A DNA stretch of 63,354 bases, filler included, from Pelomyxa schiedti (lineage: Eukaryota > Protista > Evosea): the NCBI GenBank assembly GCA_020536535.1. It is 8 parts of 8 records of this genome, joined end to end, with 100 filler letters (N's around TTAATTAATTAA, not from the genome) between each part and the next. Parts side by side here need not be neighbours in the genome. Positions count along the whole stretch, not along the records: positions 25,208 to 52,281 come from JAHLWZ010001035.1; 7 more parts are not named here. The stretch is one strand, 5' to 3'. Below the pieces are notes generated by a model that was not told the DNA's origin, searched no databases, and worked only from the letters and a program-made list of their open reading frames with translations. The stretch's first letter is position 1, and each line of letters begins with the position of its first letter. This document shows, in pieces, positions 37,382-49,806 of the stretch. The position numbers and the translations under genes are program-made.

Positions 37382-39662
37382 ATGGCGTGGGCGGAGAGGA
37401 AGCGGGACCACCAGCGGATGCTGGCCGAGGCGCAGCGGAAGATGCCGCAGAACCCGTGGTTCGCGCCCAACCCCCTCACGGCCAGCCTGCTGCTGGACAA
37501 GGTCACCGAGCACGAGGCCCGCCTGTTCATCTGGGGCCCCTACTCGCTCGACTACTACGTGCACGACAACGACGAGGACGAGGACGGGGCGCCGGGGACC
37601 AGCCCGGGGGGGCCCACGACGACCACCACCACGATCACCACCACGCACGAGCACATCATCACGACGACGACGCGGGGGGGGGGCCACCAGCGGGGAGGCG
37701 GGGGGGGAGGCGGGCGGCCCCACGACGCCACGCAGCACGCGCAGCAGGAGGAGGAGGAGAGCGTGATGAGGGGGTTCGCGGGGGTGGAGGCGATGGCGGC
37801 AGCGAGGGCAGCGAGCAGGTACGGGGGCCTGGGCGCCGGCGGCGAGGGCGCGAGGCTGGAGTGCAGCAGGATAATAACCCCTGAGGGACTCCCGCCTTAT
37901 AATGTGTGGTTTGTACTTATGGGATGGGGAATGAGGAAAAGCCATTGCATTTGCATTGCGTGCACAAATTTGTACCCAAAAAGCCCTGTGTTTTGTGGTT
38001 TATTGTTTGATTGCAACTGTTGAAACTGGAACCTTTTTCTTTTGTTATAGGAGGCTGAAATACAATTGGTGGAGAAGAGGATACATTGGACCAGAAACAG
38101 AGGGTGTACTTCATGGGCAAGGCGGCTCTTGTCCACTGGTCACTCGACTATTCTTCTGGACACTGCACTTGCTCATGCCTGGCCTGAGTGGTACCCCCGG
38201 GAAAAGATTTCATACATGCAAGGGACACCTTTTTTTCAGTTGATACGCAGTGTGCTTGCATCTATTCCAGTCATTTCACGTTGTGCTAAATGAACTTCCT
38301 CCCTCTGGCTGAACAGGGTGCTGCCAACGACAACGGCAACGGATGATGTCTCTTTTGTGTGGAAGGCACCTGAGACTGGGAAAAGTGTGTCCCCTGAGAC
38401 AGTTGCCTGATTTAGTGTTCAACAACATCATTTCCCTCTTCACAAGTCCTTCACATTCCTTTGATGATGGATTGGAAAGGGAAGCAACACGTCAAGACCT
38501 TCCTGAAGAAAAATGGATGCAACCATACACATATTCACTTCTTCCAGGGAATCCTCTTGGTGATGTGATAGGTGCTATTGGAAATTTCAATCCAAAAGCT
38601 AAGATGGCTGAGTCACCCATCTTTGCCAGTATGTTCTTCTTCTCTTTTTCAATTTCGTTCGTCATTCGTCTTGTTTTGTACCCGAAATCCATTTAATTAT
38701 CAGTTCACAGTTCTGTCATCATACTGTGTTCTCTTTGAAAGGGGACCATGGCTGAAAATGCATGACTTCATCACTGCCATAGGTTCTTGTTCTACCGCCT
38801 GTTAATTCGCCTTTTCTAACTGGATGTTGTAGAGGCAGGTAATGTTGGAATTTTGAAGTGTTATGCGTTCTATAAAAGCGGGGCCTATGCTCAGACACCA
38901 CAAAATCGATTCATGGCAATACGATTGCTTCACACCCTTTTTGGACAAATAGATTCCACAGAGGAACTGTCGGTATGATAGATTGAATGCAACACAATTC
39001 ATTTCACCTTTTTTTTTTGCAGTTTGCTAAGTGTTTCACGGGAGAAGGGGCCGTTTCTATGGCCAACGGCGAGACAAAGTGAGGAACCCTCTTGCTCTCC
39101 TCCTTTCTTTTTATCTTCAGCCCAGGCCTGTCCGAAATATTGTAGTCGGTGACTTCGTCACTACTGAAGCAGGCGTGCAGCGTGTCTCGCGGATATACAC
39201 ATACAACATTAACAAGGTTATTCCAATGTGTTGCGTTTCTGGTGTTTGGCTAACTCCAGGACATCCAATACTACTGGTACTTCCACATCCTCTACAATGA
39301 AAGCTCACACAAGTCATCAGGGAGGAGAATGGGTGCACCCGTTTGAGGTGACTACGGTTGAAAATAAGTATATTGAAGAGCTGTATAACTTCGAGTTGGA
39401 AGGAGGCCCGCTTTCCAATGAGCACTCTGTCATCATAAACAACTTGACTGTGTGCATTCACCAGAGCCTTGACACATCACTCACATTCAAAAGAGTAACT
39501 GACCGCAAATAGGTGTGCACACTGGGAAAAGACTGTGGCAAGAGGATTGTCACTGGCTGGCCAAAGGCCGACGAACAGGCAGGAACCGGATACTGGAGAA
39601 GCGGCACTTCACACTGGTGCAAGTCCATACAACAAACACTGTTATGTGCTGCCGGTCTTTAA
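37382..39662 (+). CDS. Multi-exon protein with C-terminal Hint (Vint-type) domain and an internal F-box-like motif
   Basis: AK-CFTGEGAVSMANGETKPVRNIVVGDFV (Cys codon 39032-39034), WLTPGHP, LYNFEL...HSVIINNLTVCTLG. Confidence 0.8.
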
Positions 39663-40007
39663 GGTTCCCACTCTTCACTACAAATACTCCTTTCTGCCAT
39701 AAACCCAACAAAAAAAGAAACGCAAAACTTGGTCCCAACAACGGAATTTTGGGCCCACAATTCCGGCTCTAACACTTTTCTTGCCAACAAAGAAGGACCC
39801 CGGCGCTATCAACTTTGCGGGACGGCGCTAAATTTCCTTCCGCGTGAGCGTCTGTTCCCCTTTGCTTTTCCTCCAGGGTGGATTGGCTTCAGTTGTTTGA
39901 CTCGGCTTCAAGAATGGAGCCATTCGGAGAAGTCGCGAGCATTGAACTGTGGCCGCTCCACTCCACAGAAGAACTTTTTTGATTTTTTACGGCGTCGCCG
40001 GCCACTG

Positions 40008-43000
40008 ATGAACAGGGTTGCGTGTGCTCTTGTGGTGCTCACCTCGTTGGTGAGTGGGGTGCCTCCCATAAGTGCTCGCCCAAATGGTGATGGTGTAAGG
40101 AGTGCCTCGTGCAACTGTGATGGGGCATGTGACCCTGAGGAGGCTGGCCCAGGCACTCCCCAGTGGTTTTTTTTCTTTTCAGAAACACTTAACAGGTGCC
40201 TTGACTGTTGTTCTCACTTTTTGAAAGGTGCCAGTGTGACTGCCCCTATGACATACACAGAACTCACCCAAGATTGTATTTTTCACCAGATACTATGCAA
40301 GTACTGGCAAACCTACATCTCTTGTTTTTTAATTTTCAAATAAAACTCATCTATGTAAGTATTACAGAGCTAATGCTACAAATGATGTTGTACTGTCAGC
40401 TGTTTTACCTGTTGTTCTCCAAGATGCTCAGTACTACCTTGGTCGTTACTCCACAGTGAGTTACCCTTATCCTTAAAATATATGCCCTCTCAAAAGTTGA
40501 CCTTCCTTTCCTCTTACAAGCAAGAAGAAATACACGATCTTGTGTGGACATTGAGTAATAGATACACTGATATTCCTATGCACTTGGCATTTGCTGGCGC
40601 ATTAACTCGAAATCAGGCTTACCTTGGTAAATTCTTTCTCTCAGTCACTACACTACGGTTGGCTTACTGCAGGCGACTTAGATGCTTGCAATATATTTAT
40701 TACAGAGTTATGTGCAATTCCGGTCGACTTTGGTGATGATTACAATCAAGGGCACAAGATTCAAAGTTTGGGGTACATCTATGACTATTTGTTTGATAAT
40801 TTGACACTCTCACAACAAGCTGGTGTGTTCATCTCCTTCAGCCAACCTGATTTAAGGTTTCTTTTTTTTTGGAAGAAATTCGGACCAGCATTGAACTGCA
40901 ACTTTATGGGCCAGCCCTCTACCCAAGTTTATTGCACCCGTACTTTACTGGTGGGCACAGCAAAAGTATTCATTACAGCATGCTTTTAGGCATGATGGCT
41001 GTATATGGTGATGGTGCCAATGTCACAAGTCTGTTGAAAATGAACATCAACAATTGGGTTTCTTCCAATCACATCTTTCTGTGAACCTCACTCAACCACA
41101 GTTGGGCGAAGGAGGTTTTTTGGATACATACGAGTGGGCATGCTCAGATGGTGGACATTACTTTGGACCAGCCTATGGGGAAGCATATAGGCAATCCTCA
41201 GTCTTCCCTGTATCGAACGCTCCTCACTCTCCCTGCAGCGAACCTTCCTTTGAAGGACTTTGGGATACTTCAACTGATGAACCCCACTCTCAGCGCCCAT
41301 GGCTAGAAAGCAAAGCCTACTGGTATATCTACACCTACCGTCATGACCTCTCGAACTTGAGAAATTCCCCTCCTGCAGGGGATACCTGGGAGGGATGGAC
41401 TGGTGTGTGATGCACTCTTCACAATGGTGATCGTATAACCTTTATCTCAGCTGAATCTGGTAAGTCAATAACTTGGTCTGCAAGAAACTTCAGGAACCCT
41501 TATCTTGCATGGTTTGATAAAAACTTGGCTCATGGGAAACCATACGGGGTAGTGCAAATGCAAGGGTTCCTTTGATTCTAAAAGTAAAAAAAAGATCTGG
41601 GAACTTTTGGGGAGCTTTGCAGACGATGGGTTGATACAAGATTATGCACCTATTCCACATATGGTTCGCTCTGATGTGGTCTTTCTTTCCTTTTTAATAG
41701 TAAGATAGGGTGTTCTTGGTCAGTCTGTTCACTGGAATGAGTTTGGTGGTGTTGCTGGAACTGGTGTCATGGACTGCAATTTTGGTGATGGAGTAGTGGT
41801 CTCCACCTTCAACGGGAAGAAATTACCACAGGTTATACAACAGAGTGTTTACTCACCCATTTTTACTGAAAGTAAAGACTGAAGGTACATTTGTTTTCTG
41901 GGCTTCAGGGGACATATTCAACATGTCCAGCAGTGAAGCTCTACTTGACAAATGGGATATGAAAAGGAACCACATTTTTATCCGTGGAACTGGGAAAGGT
42001 TACTTGCAAATAGCGGCCCAGCAGACGAATTCGTCGTCATACACAGCACATATTCCAGTATGTCGACGTATTACTTCACCTCTAAAATTTTTCAGATATA
42101 TATTGGTGACGTGCCGCCTAGTACCTGGCACTTTGTGGCGGTTTCTTACACACAGTCAGAGCTTAGAGCATTTGTTGATGGAATATTTTTCACAAGTACA
42201 ATGAAGCAAGAGGATTGGATATTGTCAGAAGAAATCGTCGAGATTGGAAGAGGGTTCGGTGGAAAACTTGACCATTTTGAAATCTTTGACACCGCACTGC
42301 CGGAGGACCAACTAGACAATATGTGATCTCCTCACTCTCACTGCGTATCTGCTGACTTAGAGAATTAAGGTACTTGCGGAACGCTAACTACCTTTCCTAC
42401 CAAGTGACAGCTGTTGGTCAAGAATGGAAAGCTTGCTGTGTGGTTACAGGTTCTTTGATAGAAAAGAAAGTAAAACTTCTCATTTGTATAATAGATGGTC
42501 TGGTGGATATCGGACCATTTTGCAGTTCCACAATCACGATTTCCTCCACTGGCCCCTGCATCATCTCTGGAGACAGCAATGCGTAATCTCCTTGCACCAT
42601 TGAGTTTACTTTAGTTCATTCGAAATAGATGGATAAGCTTATCTTTCAACTCTACAGTCTCCTGCGATGACTCTTCCCTCAGAGCATCAGTCACATACCC
42701 ACTTAGCCCCACGCAGCATGTCAATGTTTATTGGGTGCGTGATGGAATTGGATACACTGTCTTGGACATGCCATTTGACACCAAGCCCCCATCGATTATC
42801 CAAATACCTTCAGAATCCTTGCCAATGTCTTACGCGTTTCTACAAAGTGGATATGCCTTCTTGCGGTCAAGGTACCTGTTGATCCCCCATCTTCGAAGGA
42901 TAACAACAAGTTCAACAGTTGGGATTTAAAGAATCTGGTCCACGTCACATTTAAGTCAACCCCGTACTACACTGGAAATCATCAGCACATGGACCAGAAT

Positions 43001-44443
43001 TCGTTTTCTGTATGCATAGTTTCACGCTTTTTTCCGTTTACTCACTTTCTTGAGAGATTTTTTACAAATCGCCTTTGTTGGTGGATTCTGGTAACTATCA
43101 GCCGCCTGGGTACGGTGCTCCACACTGGATTAATTACTATATCCGCACTATTGCACACAATGCAATTGTTGTATATGACCCTGACGAGAACTTTTATGGA
43201 TACTGCAACGATGGAGGACAGGTCAACAAAATAGAAGTGAGGTCTCAAAATATTACTTACATAACTGCAGGCATTTTTAGATGATTACCCCACATTAGGT
43301 TTTTCCACATTCCCCGACGACCAGTTTTCACACATATAATAAGCCCAGATTCAACCTGGGGGATCGAACAGTTTTGCGGGAATTACCAATTTCTTTGATG
43401 ATACCTATTACTCCTATGTGAGTGGAGATGCGACCAAGGCTTATTCAACAAAAATCTCTCTGTTCTCTCGGTTTTTATTCCCAGTGACATCCGGCATAAC
43501 TTGAGTAACCACTGACTACAGGGATCTTGTTTTACTTCGTAATGTGAGCAGCGACTTCGTTGGAAAAGAGGCCATATTACTCGTTTTTGATCGAGTAAAT
43601 TCTACGAATTCTACTTTCAGGAAGGACTTTCTTATGCACACCATCTCTCAGCCAACAATTACTGTAAACTCATACATTATTACCTCTGCATTCTCATCCT
43701 GGAATAGGGAAATACAGTTAGCGTCAGTGAAGAACTGTCCCGTTTGGTGGCACAGGTAGTCCTTCCCAGAGAGAATTCCATTTCCCTTATTGGAGGGCCG
43801 GGAAAACAGTTCATGTGCGGTGGCACCAACTGGGACTTTGACGACCCCAGTTCCCAGACAATGCCAGAAGCCGGGAATTGGCGGGTTCAGGTAAGAACTC
43901 CGAGAATTAATTCCCTGACAAACCTGATTTCAGGTAACACCCGCGGCGGCTTCCTATTGGGACAACTTCCTGGTTTCCTTTGATATCTGTGATACCAACT
44001 CCAGCTGCAGCCCCACGCACATCATTCACTGCTCTTCCCAGTCCATGCAAGGTGTTGTACTGGAAAACAAACTCGTGGTTTTATTCAAAACTGCCGGCCC
44101 GGACTCCTCCCTCGACATGGAAAAAGTAACGCTTGATGATGACGGCGTTAACTTTGAGCTCTGCAACACAGTACTGCTCACAGGGTTGACTCCAGACACA
44201 CAGTACCGGGTTCAAGTGGGAGACTCCGGCGGAACACTTGTTATCTCAGAATGTGCCACAGCCACAACCACAGCAGGCTGCATGCCATCATCCAGCGCCG
44301 GAACTTTGTGGGTGGATGACCTCAATGTTAATCCCTCTGATCAAGAATCGCGCAGTAACACGGACTCTGTGAGCCCAGGTGTTAAAGCCTCATTCACATC
44401 ACTGAACATCCTCATTCTGCTGTTCGTTTGTGTACTGTTTTGA
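40008..44443 (+). CDS. Secreted heparinase II/III-like polysaccharide lyase with LamG-like insertion and putative GPI signal
   Basis: Signal peptide MNRVACALVVLTSLVSG; THPRLYF; NHQHMDQNSF; LLVDSGNY...YYIRTIAHNAIVVYDPDE...NDGGQ; WHFVAVSY...FVDG; hydrophobic C-terminus. Confidence 0.85.
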
Positions 44444-44494
44444 AAAACTAAGAGAAAGCCAAAAATTTTATTTTCTTATTGGTGGGTATCGGTG

Positions 44495-47400
44495 CTACCA
44501 CTTGGCTTTTTTACATGAGCGTTTGTCGTGGCCGGTGCTGTGACACACAGAGCATTTCCTATCCTCTGAACTTCTTTTTGCAGGAACTAATGGAGAGTCA
44601 TCAGTGCTGCTATTGTTACCATTCCATCGGCGATTGTTGTTGCTCTTCCCATAAGAAGAGGACGACGACGATGAGCCTGAACCTCGTCCACGGCCGCGTG
44701 AGTAGGAATAAGAAGCCGATGATGAATTCTGATAACCTCTGCCTCTTCCTCCTGATGATTTCTCAGGACACGCGCTCGCAAAGTGGCCCGGCTGGTTGCA
44801 GTTGTAGCACAGGAGGGGCCCTCCTCGGCCAGAGCCGGAGCCGCCCCCGTTGCCGTTGCTGCTGTAGGGGGTGCGGCCACTTATGGGAACTCCGCTGGCT
44901 GCTTCGTCGGCCCAAATGAAGGTGCTGCAGGCCTGGTCCTCGCAGCGCCAGAATTCCCGGCCTTTGTTCTTGCCCTCTTTCTGAGTGACGCGTTTGATGC
45001 AGGGCAATTGATGAAGCGGGCACATCGGCGCATCTGAGGAGTCGTCGTTGTCCGCGTGGGATGCTGTGGGAGCTACCCAGATTTGGTGTGATGCAGCGCA
45101 GCTGTTCCCGGTGTTGCTATTATGGGTGTCCGCGCCGTAGTTGTCATCATTATCAACAGGGACTTGGTCATCGGCTCCTTGATCAAAGGCAAATGCACTA
45201 TCGTCGAGTGCACTTAGGTCAGCGGCACTTATATCTAATACACTTATATCTGAAACGCTTGTATCTGCGGAGTTGTCTAGTTGATATGGCTCCTATTACC
45301 AAGTTTGAGGAAAACCTAAAGGTCGTAAGATACATACATCTCGGCTGCAGCTGCTGGATGTGCTTGTAGAATTACTGGAAGTGCTTGGTGAAGTCCCAGA
45401 GGAATATGCTTTGGCTGGGTGAAAAAGAGCAGAATTTTTGGATCCGGAACTGTTATTGTTGCCTCTCCAAAAAGTCTTGCAGCCTTCACACAAACTGTTT
45501 AAGACTCCATCACACCCTGCCACACAGGCAACAGAGTGAACGGGAACCCCTGGGGGAATGTGGTTTTTGTGGTATGTGATATCCAACCTCTGCACAGGGG
45601 GATGTGCGGCGGCGGCAGAAGTGCTCCCACCATGGCACACGTTTTCGGCATTGGTCACAGTAGCATTTGCTATTGCTCGTGGCAACCAAAGACTTGCTTT
45701 ACACGTGGGATATTGCGTGCACCCCAAGTAAAACACTCCATCTTTGGTGGTTTTCAGTTGAATGTTTCCTGAGGGACACTGGGGGCATTTGCCAACAGGG
45801 GCCCTGTCGCGTTGTTATTTTGGATTTGGATAAATGGTATCTGACGGAGAGCAGTCTTACTTTTTGCCAGCAAGTTTACAAGTTGACTCAGAACACTGAA
45901 AACAAGGGAAGCCATTAGAACCACTTGTACAGCCGGCTGGTGGGTGATTCCTGCACCAAGGGCAAAACTGCCACAAATTGCCATCTTGCTTTGTTACTGA
46001 CACTACCTGATTTATATGAGAAAGGAATGTAACCGGTTCGGCATTTACCTGAAACTGGCAGAGAGGGCACTTTGCCTCGTGGGGAGAAAGCTCCCCGTTT
46101 GATGGACAGGGTAAATCAATCTTACATTTAGCACAGTGAATTGCTCTTTTAGTGTAGTTTCCACCCTCTCCGCTCAATAGAGATGTGGGACTGGCACACT
46201 TCCCACACATTACGAACTTGGCCACAACAACGTTCATCTCAGATGATGAGGAATCGAAATATTTTCCCATGGCTTCATCAAGTTTGTGTGCAAGTGCAAC
46301 AGCACGGTCAAACAATTTGGCATATCTTCCAACACAATCGTGAATAACGTCACTTTTAGTTCTTTCCCCACTGCTTATTCGAAGCATATCGGCTTCCATT
46401 TCAGCTCTGAGCATTGGGCGTGAAAAGTCAAATCCCATGGAGTCATATCCCTCAATTAATGCCACTCCAAGGTTAGTTGGTGCAAATCTTCCGTCTTGGC
46501 ACATTTCCGCATATCCCCGTTCTTGAATTGTTTGAATGTGTGTGGCAATTGTGGCATCAGTTCCAATTCCATTTTTGTCCATCAGTGCAATAAGTTCGCT
46601 TTCAGTCAAGAGCTTAGGGGCACTCGTCTTACTTTCCTTCATTTCTAATGTATCCGGGATGAATCTTTCCCCACTGTGAAAAACTGGTAGAGACTTGTCG
46701 ACCCACTTTTCATAGGGGTAAACTGCAAGATAATTTGGTTTAAGAACTGCCAAGCCCTCGCAGTGAAACTGTTCTCCTGCCAACTCTACAACAATGGAAG
46801 TCTCCACTCCCTGCGCATCATCACTGCAGCATGCAAGGAAGTGGCGTGTAATGAATTCATAAACCCTTGCTTCTTCACCAGACAGAGAGTCACCACTTTT
46901 TGTGGGGTGAATGGGAGGATGTGCGTGATCATCCCCCTGGCCTGCTCGTGGGTGTCTGAATTCTCCATCAAGTAACTGGGACGAATATGCACCCCAGTGT
47001 TGTGCAGTAGACTGTTGCTGAAGCAGTGAATTGAAGTCGAACCCATCAGGGAATTTGCTGGTTTCTGTTCTAGGGTAGCTTATAAATCCTTTTTGATACA
47101 GTTCTTCCGCAATCTTCATGGCTTTTTCTGAAGATATATCTAGATAAAACGTAATAAGCCGTTAATAGAAACCCACCAAACTACTTACGTAGTTTCCGTG
47201 ATACTTGTTTCTGTAGTTCAACAGTTGTTAAAGGAAGTGGCCTCCATTTCGATTTTGGCTTCGATTCCATATTCATTACAACTGCCACGCCACATCTCAC
47301 ACAGTCTTCGTAGATGGTGACACATGCTGCATGGTCAAACAACCTCACACGTGACCAGAGGAACTCAGCAACTTGTTTCCCAGATCCAGTGGCATTACCG

Positions 47401-48528
47401 TCACCGTCACTTGTTGCTGTACGGGTCACTGACATATGAATGGACCAAAATGTTTCTTCAATGAAGTTCTGAATCTGCCAATAGCGGTCTACCACAAAAC
47501 CAAGTGTGGGAAACTGTGAAGGAAACGTTAGACTCATAGCCTAAGGAGGGATAAGGGCCTACTTGACAAGGTCCATAACTGTTTGACAAGGGAGAAAATA
47601 ATGAGAAAAAAACCAAAGCAAGTTGTGACTAACCTGATAACACTGCTTGGCAATCCTGCAAAACTATTTTGAAGGCGTTTTGTTTGAAAGCGAGTAAATG
47701 CAGCTCCAATGCGCAAATCCACTTCCTGCCTAGCATCAACTGCCGCTGAGGCCTTTTCATCAGGCGAGGTCAACTTCTGTTTGTGCAACCTATGTGAGAG
47801 AAATGTTGCCGTAGGTGGCAGTAGAGCCAGCATGCAATGTGCGTTTGGGAAAGGGGAACTCTTACATTGCATGCATTCCGAATTTCTTGACCAACAAGAG
47901 AACTGAAGTGAGCACGGAAAACCTCAATTCTCCTATTTGCCTCGTGGCAGACTTGAACAACTTCCATGGCAATGTTTTCGCCCTCCCGATCACAGTCAAG
48001 CCACAAAACAAGCCAGTCACACCTAGTCAAGGATTTTCTTAGTTCTTGTAGGAATCTCCCAGTTAATTTAGAGGCCGGGAAACCTTCTAGCCTGTTCTTG
48101 CAGGGTCCTCTTCAAGTCATTGTTGGACTCAGGAACATACTTAATCACAGGGGCCGAGAACAGTGCTGAAGGATCACAGCTGCTCCACTTCCGAAACTCG
48201 TCGGTGAAGTCACTTTCCATCAAATGACCACACACTGATGTAACAACACTGTCCACAACCTGGTGGTTTTTCCCACATTCCGTCAGTGCAACACAATAGC
48301 AAAGGAAAAATATCAATTAAAAAAACATAGAAAATAAAAAATTAAAAATTACTGTTGTTTATTTCCGTTTTTATTAGAACCCACCTCGTTTCTGAGCTTG
48401 TGTTGGAATTCAAACAGAGAGTTGTACTTTGAGTGACCAGGCGACTTTGTCACCCCTCCACCACCCATAATTTTGGACAGCTCCACTGCCACTGACGGCT
48501 TTTCAGCGACGTGCAGCACTCGTACCAT
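44495..48528 (-). CDS. TOP3A: DNA topoisomerase III alpha
   Basis: VAEKPS, WLDCDREGE, GPCQFPTLGF, catalytic GFISYPRTET, GIGTDAT; C-terminal zinc ribbons, zf-GRF (NKGREFWRC) and CCHC knuckles. Confidence 0.96.
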
Positions 48529-48616
48529 TACCAGATGGCGTACGAAGTTCGAAAAATGAAAATTTTCTGTCTTGTAGATTTCAGGTCGAAGGAAAAAAAT
48601 ACAAAATTTTTTTCTC

Positions 48617-48746
48617 TGGGTCTTTGGATCTTGCCATGTGGTGCTCCTCAGAGGCTGGAAACACCACGAAACGGTAGAACGTGTCTGGTCCAGATGTGGT
48701 CTTTCCAGCCTCTGAGCAGCATCACATGGCAAGATCCAAAGACCCA
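48617..48746. repeat. 130-bp hairpin: 51-bp inverted arms (48/51 matching) with a 28-nt loop
   Basis: 48617-48667 versus reverse complement of 48696-48746. Confidence 0.92.
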
Positions 48747-48832
48747 AAAAATTAAAAGTGTGAGACCCAAAATGAAGTGAGCCCTCGCAACACTTAGTTT
48801 CATTCGTTTTTTAAGAAGAGCTGTAACTCTCA

Positions 48833-49631
48833 TTGTGGAAAAAAAAAAAAGAAACATCAACCACGTCTGGCACATGGAGAATATCTACGGTAACTGGCGT
48901 GCGAGAGATAGAGCCAGGAGTGTTGGGAAATGAGTTGTATGTGTGTGGGGTGTTGCCCTCGTTTACCACGACACAAATTGAACAATGCTTCGAGAATGCT
49001 GGCTTTCGGTATCCATCATTGTTCCCACTCGTTATGCTGTAAAAATTGATTGATTGTCCAAGTCCTCTCTAAAAACAAGCTATTTGACAAATGGCACAGT
49101 GGAGTTAAAGCGCTATTGCCACGTCGATACTTCGATAGCCATGGCCTGTACCACTGCATTCTCCAGTTCCCATCTTGTGCTGATGCAAAGGCGGCGTTGA
49201 TTAGAGACTGTTTCTTCATCCAGACAAAGGCGCGCCCTTGGCGCCTTTCACTGAAGCCGAAGCCTGTCGTCACGGCCTACCTTGCGAGACTTGAGAAGCC
49301 CCAGCATCCACATCAACAGCCCCAGCCACAGCAACCACAGAAACTGCCGTCTCAGCAGGCACAGGCACAGGCACAGCCGCAGCCGCAGCCCTTGAACCAA
49401 GACACGCCGTTCCAGCCGGGGCTTCAGGGTTACACAGAGTGGCAGCAAGCGTGGCTGTGGCACTGGTATAAATACTGCCGGGACCAGTTGCAGATCCTGT
49501 CGAACCCGGGAGGTACGACTTCTGTGACCAAGGACACCGACACCAATCCTGCCGCTGCATCAGCGCCACCAATACAATGGGATGCGTTTGCTCGTAGCAT
49601 CAACCAGATTATGGGACAAAAGATCATTTGA
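48833..49631 (+). CDS. RRM-like domain protein
   Basis: ELYVCGVLPSFTTTQIEQCF (RNP2-like) and HCILQFPSCADAKAAL (RNP1-like), Q/P-rich tail; start unresolved. Confidence 0.55.
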
Positions 49632-49806
49632 AAACAGTTTCCAATGAAGCACATGTTTGCAAAGTTCGGTGGCAAGCGGTTGGGAAGTAAAAAAAAAAAG
49701 GTGTCGGTGCCACCTTACTTTGATTATCCACTCCTGATTGGCTTTGTTGTTAGATACTTGTCACAACTTTTTCCGGACTCTGTGATAATCTATCATTGTA
49801 TCTTAA

